A DNA stretch of 64,000 bases from contig OZ244587.1 in the NCBI GenBank assembly GCA_965218095.1, positions 5,664,001 to 5,728,000 of the forward strand, written 5' to 3'. Shown here one piece after another: positions 51,451 to 63,236 of this stretch. Position 1 is the stretch's first letter. Every line of letters starts with the position of its first letter. The notes beneath the pieces are model-generated. The model did not search any database and was not told where the DNA came from. It saw only the letters and a list, made by a program, of their open reading frames with translations. Made by a program: the position numbers and the translations under genes. The stretch comes from Candidatus Poribacteria bacterium (lineage in GTDB: Bacteria; Poribacteria; WGA-4E; PCPOR2b).

Positions 51451-51717
51451 CTATTCTGACGACCTTTCCAAGAGCGTGTCAAGTTTTTGGTTACTAAGTT
51501 GATCTATGTTCTGTGTGTTTTTTCTGACCATGCCTTCCAATTGATCAATTTGTTGAGAGTGCTTTTCGGTGATCGTTGTCAATTTATCAATGCGGCGATC
51601 ACATCATTCAATGAGTTTTTGATTCTCTCCAATGAGATCGTGATTCTGTCGGAGTTCATCGGTCATTTTTTCCAACTCTGGAATATGGTCTTGATCTCCT
51701 TCCGGGGTTGGCATCAT
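51451..51717 (-). pseudogene. Small coiled-coil protein with in-frame TGA at 51604-51606
   Basis: AAGGAG RBS; MMPTPEGDQDHIPELEKMTDELRQNHDLIGENQKLIE*CDRRIDKLTTITEKHSQQIDQLEGMV... Confidence 0.6.
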
Positions 51718-51847
51718 TTTCTCTCCTTGTCTGTTGGGGGATGCCACCTAATACTATAAACAGTGGAGATTGTTAGCAAGATAGGTGTACTGCCATTGGA
51801 AATTGATGCATAAGATGGACCGCTCTCATCCACAAAATCCAGATAGC

Positions 51848-51876
51848 AGTATAGCACTTGCGATGCAGTTTGTCAA
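51848..51876 (-). promoter_or_regulatory. sigma70 promoter upstream of lolA cluster
   Basis: TTGACA-17nt-TATACT with TG extension. Confidence 0.75.
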
Positions 51877-51890
51877 CGCCGTTTTTCCAG

Positions 51891-52391
51891 TTAAACGGAT
51901 GGCGTTTCTGCTCTTGCAAGGCGTTCCTGCTCGACAATTTTCCGAGCCTCCTCCTCTGTCACATGAACATGAACCCTCGCCCAATCCACGAGCGCAACCT
52001 CTATCTCATCGGGGGATTCGATTGCGTGTTTTATAAAACGCTCCAACAGATCGATAACCTGTTCATCTCTAAAAAACGCTTGAAACCATATAGAAAACTC
52101 CTTAATGGTGTCCGGTTCTTCTGCAAAGGCCCAAAAGGTCACCCTACAAAAATCAAGCCCCTCATCGACGACTTGCTGGGAGATCCACACCCCTTCGGGG
52201 AATCCTTCAAATAAAGGCAAAAATTCAGGGAGTAATCGAGGGAGCGGATCAGTCAGATAGGAGATCTCCGGCGAAATATCAAACTGGATGCCATACTTGT
52301 GCGCCTGAAGATGGACCTGGAGCGCCTCGGTGGGTCTATCTGTGGCTGGTTGCTCAGCGGGTTCAATTTTCCCTTTGCGTCGAAATCGCAT
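51891..52391 (-). CDS. Hypothetical protein
   Basis: 166-aa ORF with GAGGAGG RBS; no recognised motif. Confidence 0.65.
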   Translation of the reverse strand: MRFRRKGKIEPAEQPATDRPTEALQVHLQAHKYGIQFDISPEISYLTDPLPRLLPEFLPLFEGFPEGVWISQQVVDEGLDFCRVTFWAFAEEPDTIKEFSIWFQAFFRDEQVIDLLERFIKHAIESPDEIEVALVDWARVHVHVTEEEARKIVEQERLARAETPSV

Positions 52392-52801
52392 CGTTGATAA
52401 TTCCTCCTCTGACCTGCCTTTGTATCCTAGCTAAAGTATTATACTCAAGACCCCTGTCTCCCGCAACCACAATTCCAAGAAAAGTATTGACAACTCAAAT
52501 TCACTTTTTTCACGTTAAAGTCAAAATACTTCTGATGTCTATTCTACCTCATTTTCGACTTTTTAGATAGGCTCTTAGCCAGGATGGATGTCGCTTGGCG
52601 GTCGTCGACTTGGAGGTGCTGGTGTGGAATCTGGAAGCACTGTTTGATACATTTTCGCCGGTTGGGTAGAACCCCAGAAGTCGTCACAAGCGGCGTCTAT
52701 TTCTACTCACTTCAAGCCGGGGATTTTCGTGCCACCCGAAAAATAGTCTTGAAAAGGTAGCGATATGCTGCTTTGGTGTCCCCACCATGCCGAACTTTTT
52801 T

Positions 52802-54426
<1,625 letters not shown>

Positions 54427-54458
54427 AATGAATCGACGAATCTGCGATCGAAGTAAAC

Positions 54459-54488
54459 TTGACATTAACATAAGAATTGTGCTACTAT
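54459..54488 (+). promoter_or_regulatory. sigma70-like promoter upstream of nuoI
   Basis: TTGACA-18nt-TACTAT with TG extension. Confidence 0.55.
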
Positions 54489-54725
54489 CATTATGCGTTT
54501 ACCCGAGATGCGTTGGGATGGACTTTACTGACAAGAAGGTTATGCAATTGGTTCTGACCCACCGATAGATCGGAATAGGGCGGTACTTGCTCAATATGAA
54601 ATGCGTAAGTCCTAATTACTTTTAATTTCAAACCCTTGAAAGGAGAACGGCTTTCTGGAAGAGATACAGTGACCGGGTTATCCACATTCAACCACAAATG
54701 AAATTGAAGCCGCTACAAAGTTTTT

Positions 54726-55271
54726 ATGAAAGTCAATGAAGAAATGTCGTTTTGGGACAGGCTTTATCTTCCTGGCCTCATCAAAGGCATGTTCACCACA
54801 CTGAAACATATTCCCAAAAAGAAATTTACATATCAATACCCAGAAGATCTACGTAGCGTTGAAGAGCGAAACGATCGCTATCGTGGCATCCATAAGTTGC
54901 CATTAGATGAGGTGGGAGATGTCAAGTGTGTGGCATGTTTCATGTGCGCAACAGCTTGTCCGGCGGATTGTATCACGATTAAAGGCGCCCCTGCGCCTGA
55001 AGGCTGGAAGACCAAAGAGGGCTATCAACGCGAAAAATACCCGGAAGTTTTTGAAATAAATATGCTGCGCTGCATCTTCTGTGGTTATTGCGTTGAAGCG
55101 TGTCCAGAGGATGCAATCCAGATGACAGGAATCACGCTTCCTCAATACTTCAGAGAAAAACAGAAAGAAGGTGAAATCTTGGGACGTTCCCGCAGCGATT
55201 TTATCTTCGATAAAGAGATGCTGATAGCCAATAATGATATTCCTGAACGGGGACTTCACCCAGATTCGTAA
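54726..55271 (+). CDS. nuoI: NADH-quinone oxidoreductase subunit I
   Basis: TYQYPE, RYRGIH, CVACFMCATACP, INMLRCIFCGYCVEACP. Confidence 0.9.
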   Translation: MKVNEEMSFWDRLYLPGLIKGMFTTLKHIPKKKFTYQYPEDLRSVEERNDRYRGIHKLPLDEVGDVKCVACFMCATACPADCITIKGAPAPEGWKTKEGYQREKYPEVFEINMLRCIFCGYCVEACPEDAIQMTGITLPQYFREKQKEGEILGRSRSDFIFDKEMLIANNDIPERGLHPDS

Positions 55272-55471
55272 AACGTGGAAAATATTTGCATCTCAGCATG
55301 GACGTTTAGGGCAAGGATTCCCATACATTTCAAGTACAGTGTGGGCGAGAATTGCCCGTTTTTTATGGATTTTTTGCCATCAAGTGAATAGTCAGGGGGC
55401 TGGTGTTTACCTGTTTCGACGTGGGCAGGTCATCGGCTGGTAAGCAACATAGATACTGTTAGGATAAGGCT

Positions 55472-58342
55472 TTGGACAAACACCAACACAATCAAATTCA
55501 GGCCCTATCCCTAAACTTTAGTCCAGATTCTCTTTTCGCTTTAACGGATAAGATAAATTCTAGCGTCGAAGGGCGAATCGGTTGGGGGGACACATTTGGG
55601 ATAGGGCTTGGCGCAAAAAATGACAAATATTTGCTCGTCTGGACACCGAAGAAATCATCTGAGGGACAAATTCTCCCCGGGTTTGACTCAGAAGATGGAA
55701 AACTCACACTTAAAATGAAACCACGGCCCGGGGCTTGGATTTCCTGGATTGACGAGGCCAAGGTCGCAGCAGAGGCGACAGACGACTATGACCGAGTTCG
55801 CAAAAGTGTACAAGAGCTAGAGCGTAATGTCCGCCAGGTGACAGACTTTGCTGATGGTATTCTTAAAGACATCACGACGCTACATCTCGGTAAATCGCTC
55901 ACGTTGTCAGATCTTGCGCAAGAGGTTTTGAAAATTGAGTTCGCAATACCAGCTACTGTCAAAACTGGCGGCTACATTCTCGCATGTTCTCAAGAACTCC
56001 CATCTGCATCGGCGAAAGTTATCATTCCTGAACAGACAAATATTCACGACGTTCACATGAACGAGGACGAGCTGTTCGGTTCAATCGTCACGGATGGCTA
56101 TGATCAGCTTCTGGTTGTTTATCGAACGCATATCAAGCGCTATCCCGACCTCCTCGATATTAGCTACTGTTTAACGCTCATTGATTACCTCCATGGTAAG
56201 CCGGCGCAAAAAGAGATTGTGTCGAATGTACCGTGTCACCCTGTACGAGGCTTAAGACCGGTAGCAGTTTTCCCAACCGCGGCCGTCTATAATCCGCTGC
56301 ACCCGGATAGAATCGAACTCGTTGTCACCACTCTCAATGGCTCCCATGAAGCCATTCGTGAAGCAATCGCCAAATGTTCATCGGCCGTCGATCAGTATGT
56401 GTCGCAGGCCAATCGACGTGCCCAGGAAATCATGGCGAATTTTCAGGGGCGTATCAATAGCCGGCTTCAAGCACTTACGCTCCAACCCGGGCAAAGGATT
56501 TATGAAAAAGTTTGGGATGACCTTGCAATTAACGGACTGCGGAATCAGATGTTTGAATTTACCGAATTTTTCGGTAAGTATATCGGGGAGCGGCTGGGTG
56601 AGGATAAAGTGGAATCCAGAAAAGCCCTGCTTAAGCGCAGCATAGATCCGATCCTCGAAGCATGGCAGCTTCAAGATATACGGCAGACAACTATCAGACA
56701 CCTCATCTTATCTGGCTACAAATTGGCGAATCAAGTGTTGGATCAAGCGTCCGGGCTCTTCTACGATCTTGTATTTGAAAAGCACTTTATCGAAGCCGGG
56801 TTGATCGGTACGGTTGACTTGTTGGTGCTCGAAAATGGAGAATTTCTGGGTGAGATTCATTTGCCAGAGTGGACGGAAAAAACCGTGCGAGATCGGCTCC
56901 ACCGCTTTGGGTTGAACCCCGCCATCCATCCTAAGCAGCTTGAGAGACTCCGAAACCTGTGGGTGGAATTACTGGAAATCGGCAATTTTGCAAGCCGACA
57001 TCAGCAACAGTTTGAATCCATTCTAAACCCTTTGGCTGATATTCTGTTGATGAGAAAGCAACCTAAAACCGATACTTCCCCAACGGAGAGCTTGAGCTCA
57101 CGTAAAATCTCGCTCCGGAAAGAAAATACTTTTGAAGGATTCGAGATTTCGGAGCAGGAGTTTGAAGCAGCCCTCAATTGTCTTAAAGACAATTTCCCTG
57201 TGATTAAACGTTGGATCCAGAATGTGCCGGAAGAGCGGGACGAGTATGAGCGATATTATGCGATACTGTGGATGATACTGACTGATGGGTTGGTGCGAGA
57301 GATTCTTTGTCGGAAATTCCAGCCGATTTGCGAAATCAATCTCAGCCTCCCTTTAGAAACCAAGAGATTGATAGATCTTGTTCTTGGTGGGAAAATTGTC
57401 ATACGCAATGAGAAAGATCTAAACGCGCTAAAGCGAAACCTTGATCGCGCCTTAAACGCGAAAATCGGTCGTGGGTTACAGGAGATTGCTACGCCTGCCA
57501 TGCTTAAAATTCATAGCGATACCTTGCTACGTGTGTTGCACGAGGAATTGCTCGCATATCAAGAGGGACTCGATAAACAACTCATCCGTGCTGCGAATCC
57601 CAGGACACAGAAGAAGCGGGGCAAGACGAAAAAGGGGCGGAGAAAGAATTTACCTGCCGAAAAAATTATAGCGGAGATCGAAGAGGAAAAGCCCAAAATC
57701 GCTGAACTCATAGAGTTTCTGAATCCCTACACCGATGCTCCATTGATATTGCTCGAAACGGCGATGCATTCCGACTTTCAGCAAATCAATCAGATACGGA
57801 AGCATCAGGTGCTGAATTTCGACCTGCAATCCTTGCCCCCCGTCGAGGAGACGTGGCTGGAAAATGTGAAATCGCTTGATGACTATCCCAATCTGCGCGC
57901 ATTTCTGTTTGAAAATAAGCTGCCCATCTCCACTACCGGGCGCGTGTTGATGAAACTAAGACGGACTTTTCCTGAACCTGCGGCGGCGGAGAATTCTTCG
58001 GCGAATGCGTTCGATGTCGCCGTGGATCTAATCCAAGAGCTAAAAGCCCTCCAGGACGCATCATACGCTGGCGATACGCTGAAACGATATATAAACTACA
58101 TTTCCGAAAAATTGTGGCGATGGGAGCTCACGCAGCTTACAGAGGCGGAACTGCCGACGCTGATTAAAGAGAAGGTTCTGTCTTCGGCAATCTGCTACGA
58201 AGAAGAGGTCGAAGCACTCCTAGAGTATGTTGAACGCTACGAGCAGTTATTAGAAACAAAACTCGCCCCTGGATCTGAGATGGATAAACCGTGCGAGCTG
58301 TTAGAGGAGAACTTCCAGGCGCTCGCTGAAACACTCCTGTAA
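55472..58342 (+). CDS. Large hypothetical protein (956 aa)
   Basis: Long uninterrupted ORF, helical composition, no confidently recognised domain. Confidence 0.75.
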   Translation: MDKHQHNQIQALSLNFSPDSLFALTDKINSSVEGRIGWGDTFGIGLGAKNDKYLLVWTPKKSSEGQILPGFDSEDGKLTLKMKPRPGAWISWIDEAKVAAEATDDYDRVRKSVQELERNVRQVTDFADGILKDITTLHLGKSLTLSDLAQEVLKIEFAIPATVKTGGYILACSQELPSASAKVIIPEQTNIHDVHMNEDELFGSIVTDGYDQLLVVYRTHIKRYPDLLDISYCLTLIDYLHGKPAQKEIVSNVPCHPVRGLRPVAVFPTAAVYNPLHPDRIELVVTTLNGSHEAIREAIAKCSSAVDQYVSQANRRAQEIMANFQGRINSRLQALTLQPGQRIYEKVWDDLAINGLRNQMFEFTEFFGKYIGERLGEDKVESRKALLKRSIDPILEAWQLQDIRQTTIRHLILSGYKLANQVLDQASGLFYDLVFEKHFIEAGLIGTVDLLVLENGEFLGEIHLPEWTEKTVRDRLHRFGLNPAIHPKQLERLRNLWVELLEIGNFASRHQQQFESILNPLADILLMRKQPKTDTSPTESLSSRKISLRKENTFEGFEISEQEFEAALNCLKDNFPVIKRWIQNVPEERDEYERYYAILWMILTDGLVREILCRKFQPICEINLSLPLETKRLIDLVLGGKIVIRNEKDLNALKRNLDRALNAKIGRGLQEIATPAMLKIHSDTLLRVLHEELLAYQEGLDKQLIRAANPRTQKKRGKTKKGRRKNLPAEKIIAEIEEEKPKIAELIEFLNPYTDAPLILLETAMHSDFQQINQIRKHQVLNFDLQSLPPVEETWLENVKSLDDYPNLRAFLFENKLPISTTGRVLMKLRRTFPEPAAAENSSANAFDVAVDLIQELKALQDASYAGDTLKRYINYISEKLWRWELTQLTEAELPTLIKEKVLSSAICYEEEVEALLEYVERYEQLLETKLAPGSEMDKPCELLEENFQALAETLL

Positions 58343-58370
58343 GCCAATTGTTAGATTGAGTGGTATTGAG

Positions 58371-59261
58371 ATGAAGGTTAGCATCCTCGGACGAGGAAAT
58401 GACATTATTCCCGTTGTATCAGCAGTTTGTCACTTAGATCTCATATCCGAAGTTGTTTGGGTAGACGATAGGCCAGGGGTACCCCATGATGTCCTGCAAG
58501 ACCTGAAACAAGCAATTGCAATCAGAGGTTCTGACACTGGACTGCATTGCGCCAAAGAGTTATCTGCGCTGGAAGACTCTCAAATTGTCATTCTCCTTTC
58601 TCATTCATCAGGTCCAGCCGTGCGTCCTATCCAAGTTCAACGCCGGGCAAATTCTGTGCTTGCCTGTCGTTTCGCTCGGTGTATCAAACAGCATGCGCCG
58701 GGGGCGCGAGTCGTCGTCGCAATGTCTCCCGCATGTTCTCTTGCTTTTTACGTTTGTCGTGAACTTGAGGCGGATACGAGCCAGGTCATTGGACTTTCTG
58801 GAGGGACAGCCAGTGCGTACCTGAAAACCCAAATCGCCAATCAACTAGGCGTCTCTGTGCAAGATGTTACGACACTCGTGATTGGGAATGATGATACAGT
58901 CTATCCGCTTCCGCAATACTGCCGTGTGAACGGTATACCGCTGGAAGGATTATTAAGCGCGAGGCAGATTCATGAGTTGACTGATGCAGTGAATGGCAGA
59001 CATACAAAGTCTGGGAACATTGATGCGCCGTACACGCTCGCCGCCTGGATTTCACAAATTATCACGGCAATTGCGTTGGACAAGAAGCGAATCATGAGCG
59101 TTGGTTCCCTAATTCAATCGAGCGCCGCGGATGTCTACCTCACTGTTCCGACAAAAATTGGTCGGAACGGGGTTGAATCAATTCTTCAATTGGATCTGAC
59201 CAACTCCCAGCGTGAGCAGTTCACGCAATTGGTTGCCAAGAGTGTTATGGGACAAAATTAA
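58371..59261 (+). CDS. Malate/lactate dehydrogenase-fold protein lacking catalytic residues
   Basis: IANQLGVSVQDVTTLVIG, VNGIPL, AIALDKKRI and VPTKIGRNGVE are MDH-like; GxGxxG, DxxR and GxHG are absent. Confidence 0.75.
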   Translation: MKVSILGRGNDIIPVVSAVCHLDLISEVVWVDDRPGVPHDVLQDLKQAIAIRGSDTGLHCAKELSALEDSQIVILLSHSSGPAVRPIQVQRRANSVLACRFARCIKQHAPGARVVVAMSPACSLAFYVCRELEADTSQVIGLSGGTASAYLKTQIANQLGVSVQDVTTLVIGNDDTVYPLPQYCRVNGIPLEGLLSARQIHELTDAVNGRHTKSGNIDAPYTLAAWISQIITAIALDKKRIMSVGSLIQSSAADVYLTVPTKIGRNGVESILQLDLTNSQREQFTQLVAKSVMGQN

Positions 59262-59274
59262 GGAGAGGATAAAA

Positions 59275-60384
59275 ATGAGAGAAATATATCAAAAAGTTAC
59301 CGAACTCATCCAAGCCAGAGAGATTGGCGCTTACTGTACTGTCGTGGAAACGAAGGGGTCCACGCCACAAAAGTCAGGGTCCAAGTTGCTCATCTTACCA
59401 GACCTGCGCAATGTTGGGACGCTCGGGGGCGGGTGTGTGGAAGCAGAGGCGCGACAACAGGCAATCGGCTTAATGCAAGGCGGCGTTCCACGTCTACTTG
59501 AATTTCAGTTGGACAGTGACTACGGGTGGGACGATGGGCTGATCTGCGGCGGCAATATGAAGATATTCATCGATCTCCCTCAGACCAAGGAAGAATCGTT
59601 TTTGTTAACCCGATTGCAGGAACTCGCAGATGAAAAAATTCCCCTCGTCTTTACAACAGTCGTTAAAAGCGAGATAGATGATGTCAAAGTTGGCGCAAAG
59701 ATGCTCTTCGCAACCAACGGTGAACAGAGCGGTTCTTTGGGAAATGCAGAATTAGAGGCAGAAATCCAAGGTGAACTGACTGAAATCCTTGAGACAGATG
59801 CGCCCAGCGTCTTTCGCTGGCAAGATGGGGCGGTCTGGGTCTTTATGGACCCGATGCAGCCACGCCCCACCCTGCTCATCGCTGGCGCAGGGCATGTCGG
59901 ACAAGCGCTTTGCCATCTCTGCAAGTGGCTTGGTTTTGACATCGCAATCGTCGATGATCGCGCCGATTTCGCCTCTGAAGAGCGTCTGCCCGAAGCTGAT
60001 CAGATCATCATCGGTGACATCGCAGAGGAATTGCGGAAATACCCCATTGACCATTTAACCTATGTTGTCATTGTCACACGCGGACATCAGCATGACGAGG
60101 AGGCGCTCCACAGCGTCGTTGAGTCCGATGCGCATTATGTGGGGCTGATTGGCAGCCGCCGGAAGGTCAAGCTCATCTTCGATGATCTGATAGAAGTCGG
60201 TGTTCCAGAAGAAAGATTGGCGCAGGTCTATTCCCCAATTGGATTGGACATCAACTCCAAAACCGTGCCGGAGATCGCTGTGAGCATCGCCGCGCAACTC
60301 ATCCAGGTCCGCAATAGCACGAAGCCAGATGTTCACTTTGATGCACAGCCGGCGAAAATGCCCACGATTAAGGTCGGCACATAA
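59275..60384 (+). CDS. XdhC/CoxI family molybdoenzyme accessory protein
   Basis: GSTPQK, GTLGGGCVE, LICGG, GAGHVG, TRGHQHD, GLIGSRRK, SPIGLDI, EIAVSIAAQ. Confidence 0.92.
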   Translation: MREIYQKVTELIQAREIGAYCTVVETKGSTPQKSGSKLLILPDLRNVGTLGGGCVEAEARQQAIGLMQGGVPRLLEFQLDSDYGWDDGLICGGNMKIFIDLPQTKEESFLLTRLQELADEKIPLVFTTVVKSEIDDVKVGAKMLFATNGEQSGSLGNAELEAEIQGELTEILETDAPSVFRWQDGAVWVFMDPMQPRPTLLIAGAGHVGQALCHLCKWLGFDIAIVDDRADFASEERLPEADQIIIGDIAEELRKYPIDHLTYVVIVTRGHQHDEEALHSVVESDAHYVGLIGSRRKVKLIFDDLIEVGVPEERLAQVYSPIGLDINSKTVPEIAVSIAAQLIQVRNSTKPDVHFDAQPAKMPTIKVGT

Positions 60385-60402
60385 TGTCCGCAAGTCAGAG
60401 CC

Positions 60403-60744
60403 ATGGTGACAATTCAATTAGATAACGACAAAAACTACACCGTAAAAGAAGTCATTGAGCTTGCTGGGCTTGCCCTAGATTTTATCGGGGAGCAAGCGCC
60501 TGATAATGAGCTCCAGTTCTCCGCAACAGATGTCTACTGGACCTTGCGAAATCTGCTTGACTACGTTAACAGACAGACACGAGGAGAATTTACCCTCAAA
60601 CGCCTCAAGAAAGGCTCCTGGGGGCTTGAGTATACAGATAAAAAAGCCGCAAAACGCAAAGCCGATGAACGGCATCGGCGGGAGAAAAAACGCACAGCAG
60701 ATTATCTTCATAAGCTCACCGGTCATCGCCCGCCCTGGGGGTAA
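60403..60744 (+). CDS. Hypothetical protein with basic C-terminus
   Basis: 113-aa ORF 19 bp downstream of xdhC on the same strand. Confidence 0.55.
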   Translation: MVTIQLDNDKNYTVKEVIELAGLALDFIGEQAPDNELQFSATDVYWTLRNLLDYVNRQTRGEFTLKRLKKGSWGLEYTDKKAAKRKADERHRREKKRTADYLHKLTGHRPPWG

Positions 60745-60897
60745 CTGCCCACCCATTCCCCACTTCCGCAGGGACAGTCCCGTATTGGAAAAACACGCAG
60801 GTTCTCCCCTACTTATAGTTTGTATCAAATGACCCCATGAGCTAAACTAAAAGGAGATGGTATTGCCATCAACTACAATCCACTCATGGAGGTCAAT

Positions 60898-61474
60898 ATG
60901 AAACCACAAAGCAATACAGCCTACGGTATCAACCGTCTACAATCAAAGACCGCAAGGGCAGCTATCATTCAGAAGATTTCATCAGACTTTAATCTAATGC
61001 CACTGATTGCCGAAGCCTACTATAAACAGATTGCTTCCTACTTTGCTCAACATGCCGAAATTGAACTCACGTCAGGCCAAATCTGCTATGAGGCAGTCGC
61101 AGCCGATGAACCGGCAGGCAAACATATCGCGTTAGCGAAAAAAGTCTCATGTCAACTCACTCTCAATGATGTCCAAACTGACCTTGAGATGTTAGCCGAT
61201 TATGGGCTTTCTGGACTCAGACGCCATCGAATTCTCCGATTAACCAAACAAGCCTATGACCAAGATGCCCTGCTCAGCTATGAAGATTTAGCGGTGCTAT
61301 TAACCACCAGTCCAGCGACCGTCAAGCGCGACATTCGACAGTTGAAACAGGACGGTTACTTTGTTATGACTCGCGGTGCCAAACATGACATGGGGCCTGG
61401 CATCTCTCATAAGACTCAGATTCTGGAATTGTACTTCAAAGGGTATCAGTTCACTGAAATTGAGCAAAAGACTA
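60898..61474 (+). pseudogene. DUF1670-type protein, truncated by IS5
   Basis: RILRLTKQAYDQDALLSYEDLAVLLTTSPATVKRDI...TRGAKHDMGPGISHK. Confidence 0.75.
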
Positions 61475-62326
61475 GGTTCTGTTGACATTTCAAGGGAGCC
61501 ATATAAGAGTGGGGACAAAGCTGAGAAATCCAAAATAACGGACAGCTAGCTTCTCAAACCGAGAGAAGATACGACGATACCATTTTATCTTGTTGATGAA
61601 ACATTCAACCCGATGTCTCTCTTTGTAGATGCCTCTCTTTGTATAAGCGTTTGTCATATGTTCTTTGGTCAACACGATGACTTTTTGGCGGTATCACCGC
61701 AATTGCTCCATTCGCCTCAATAACCGCGATAAAAGCGTCCGAATCGTACCCCTTGTCTCCAATCACATATTCACTGTTATATCCGATTATCAACCCTTCT
61801 GCCTCAGTTATGTCATGTCTCTGACCGGGGGTCAGATGAATTCTTAGGGGATTGCCTAGTCCGTCAACTGTGATGTGATTTTTTGTACTGAAACCGCCCC
61901 GAGACCGACCTAATGCTTGGTTTTCAGTGCCACCGTTTTTTTTAAGGCGCCAGCTTTTTAAGGCGCCCGCCGCACACGGGTGAGCGCGGCAGATGGTACT
62001 GTCCACAATAAGCGACTCGATATCGGGGTCAGAGGCGAAGTGGGGGTGCATCTGTGTGAAGATACCTTTGTCGCACCATCGAGTAAACCGCTTGTAGCGG
62101 GTGTTCGATTTGCCATAGGTGTCTGGTAGAAGTCTCCATTGAGCCCCGCTACGAGTCACCCACAGGACGGCTTCGACGAAGCGGCGTGTAGCAGCTTCGT
62201 CGCCAACATAGATGGTGGGACAGCTTAGAAGAAACCGGTATATCTTATTCCATTGGTCATCGGGTAAGGTTATTGGCGTCATTCTTCTATTATGCCACAA
62301 CCTTATACTCAAATGTCAACAGAACC
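61475..62326 (-). mobile_element. IS5-family insertion sequence, copy 3 (close relative of copy 2)
   Basis: Same TIRs GGTTCTGTTGACATTT / AAATGTCAACAGAACC; TA at both ends; two internal ~16-bp duplications. Confidence 0.95.
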
Positions 62327-63140
62327 TAATTCATCGCTTTATCAATTCTTACGGTTATGACAAAGGAGAAGTCACGGCGGCTGTCATTGTTGATGACATT
62401 GTCAAAACCATTGAAGGCTATTTCTTGATTGCCCTCCCCCTTGAGAAACTCGCCACAGGAGACCAAATCCCTAATCAGCGAATGCTCAGTTATGGGCAAT
62501 TGGTCTGGATGGCTGTGCCGATTGATGAATACCCACAAAAAGGGAAGTCAATCGTCAAAACCGCTATGAAGCCGGTTGTTCTGACCTACCTCGCTTCTGA
62601 GGATATTGAATCCTTTCGCAACGGTTTTACTTCCCGGCAACTCAGAATCAATTGATTAGTCCGATGGTGTTATCAAGCCTATGACCAAGGCGCATTATTG
62701 ACCCAACTCGACCTAGCTGTGTTGCTCAATATCTGTGATGCCATCGTCAGCGACTATGTCAATGAGTGGCAAAAAAATAGTGGAAAACTCTTGCCCACCC
62801 GGGGCAATATCCATGATTTATCGGGAGCGATTACCCACAAGAAAGAGATTGTTACCCTCTATCTCCAAGGGCATCTGCTGCCAAAACCAGCCACTCTAAA
62901 GAAGCGGTTGACCGATACATTCGCGATTATGAGTCCGTTAAGACGGTTCGTGCCGCTACGGAGGATATTGACAAAATCTCTCAGATTACCCGGCTCTCCA
63001 AACGCGTCATCTCTCAATATCTTGACCTGATTCCTCAACATTCGCTTGATGACATGGACGCTAACTTAGCAACCGAATCAGAAAGCTGTAAAGATGCCAA
63101 CACCCTGTTCCGTTCCGAACCTACAGGAGACCCCCAATGA
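62327..63140 (+). pseudogene. Second DUF1670-type protein; 5' end lost, internal stop and frameshift
   Basis: GQLVWMAV...IN*LVRWCYQAYDQGALLTQLDLAVLL...PTRGNIHDL..ITHKKEI / TSHSKEAVDRYIRDY. Confidence 0.75.
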
Positions 63141-63207
63141 TAAAATCGGACAAACGTTGCTTAGCGTTTTGCCCAACAAAACATCGTAATTTTACTTGAA
63201 GATTGGT

Positions 63208-63236
63208 TTGACACCCGCTATCTTTTTTGCTATACT
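63208..63236 (+). promoter_or_regulatory. Near-consensus sigma70 promoter with no downstream CDS
   Basis: TTGACA-17nt-TATACT with TG extension. Confidence 0.65.

Noticed and set aside
51604-51606. In-frame TGA as selenocysteine or recoding
   Set aside because: Coiled-coil context with no redox motif; TGA is a normal stop elsewhere in the window; a nonsense mutation is simpler (same for 62653)
52745-52790. Minus-strand peptide GDTKAAYRYLF resembling an IS4/Tn5 transposase N-terminus
   Set aside because: Too short, with no continuing homology or ends that I could identify
54678-54686. DnaA box TTATCCACA suggesting oriC
   Set aside because: Single box; no cluster, unwinding element or dnaA/dnaN context
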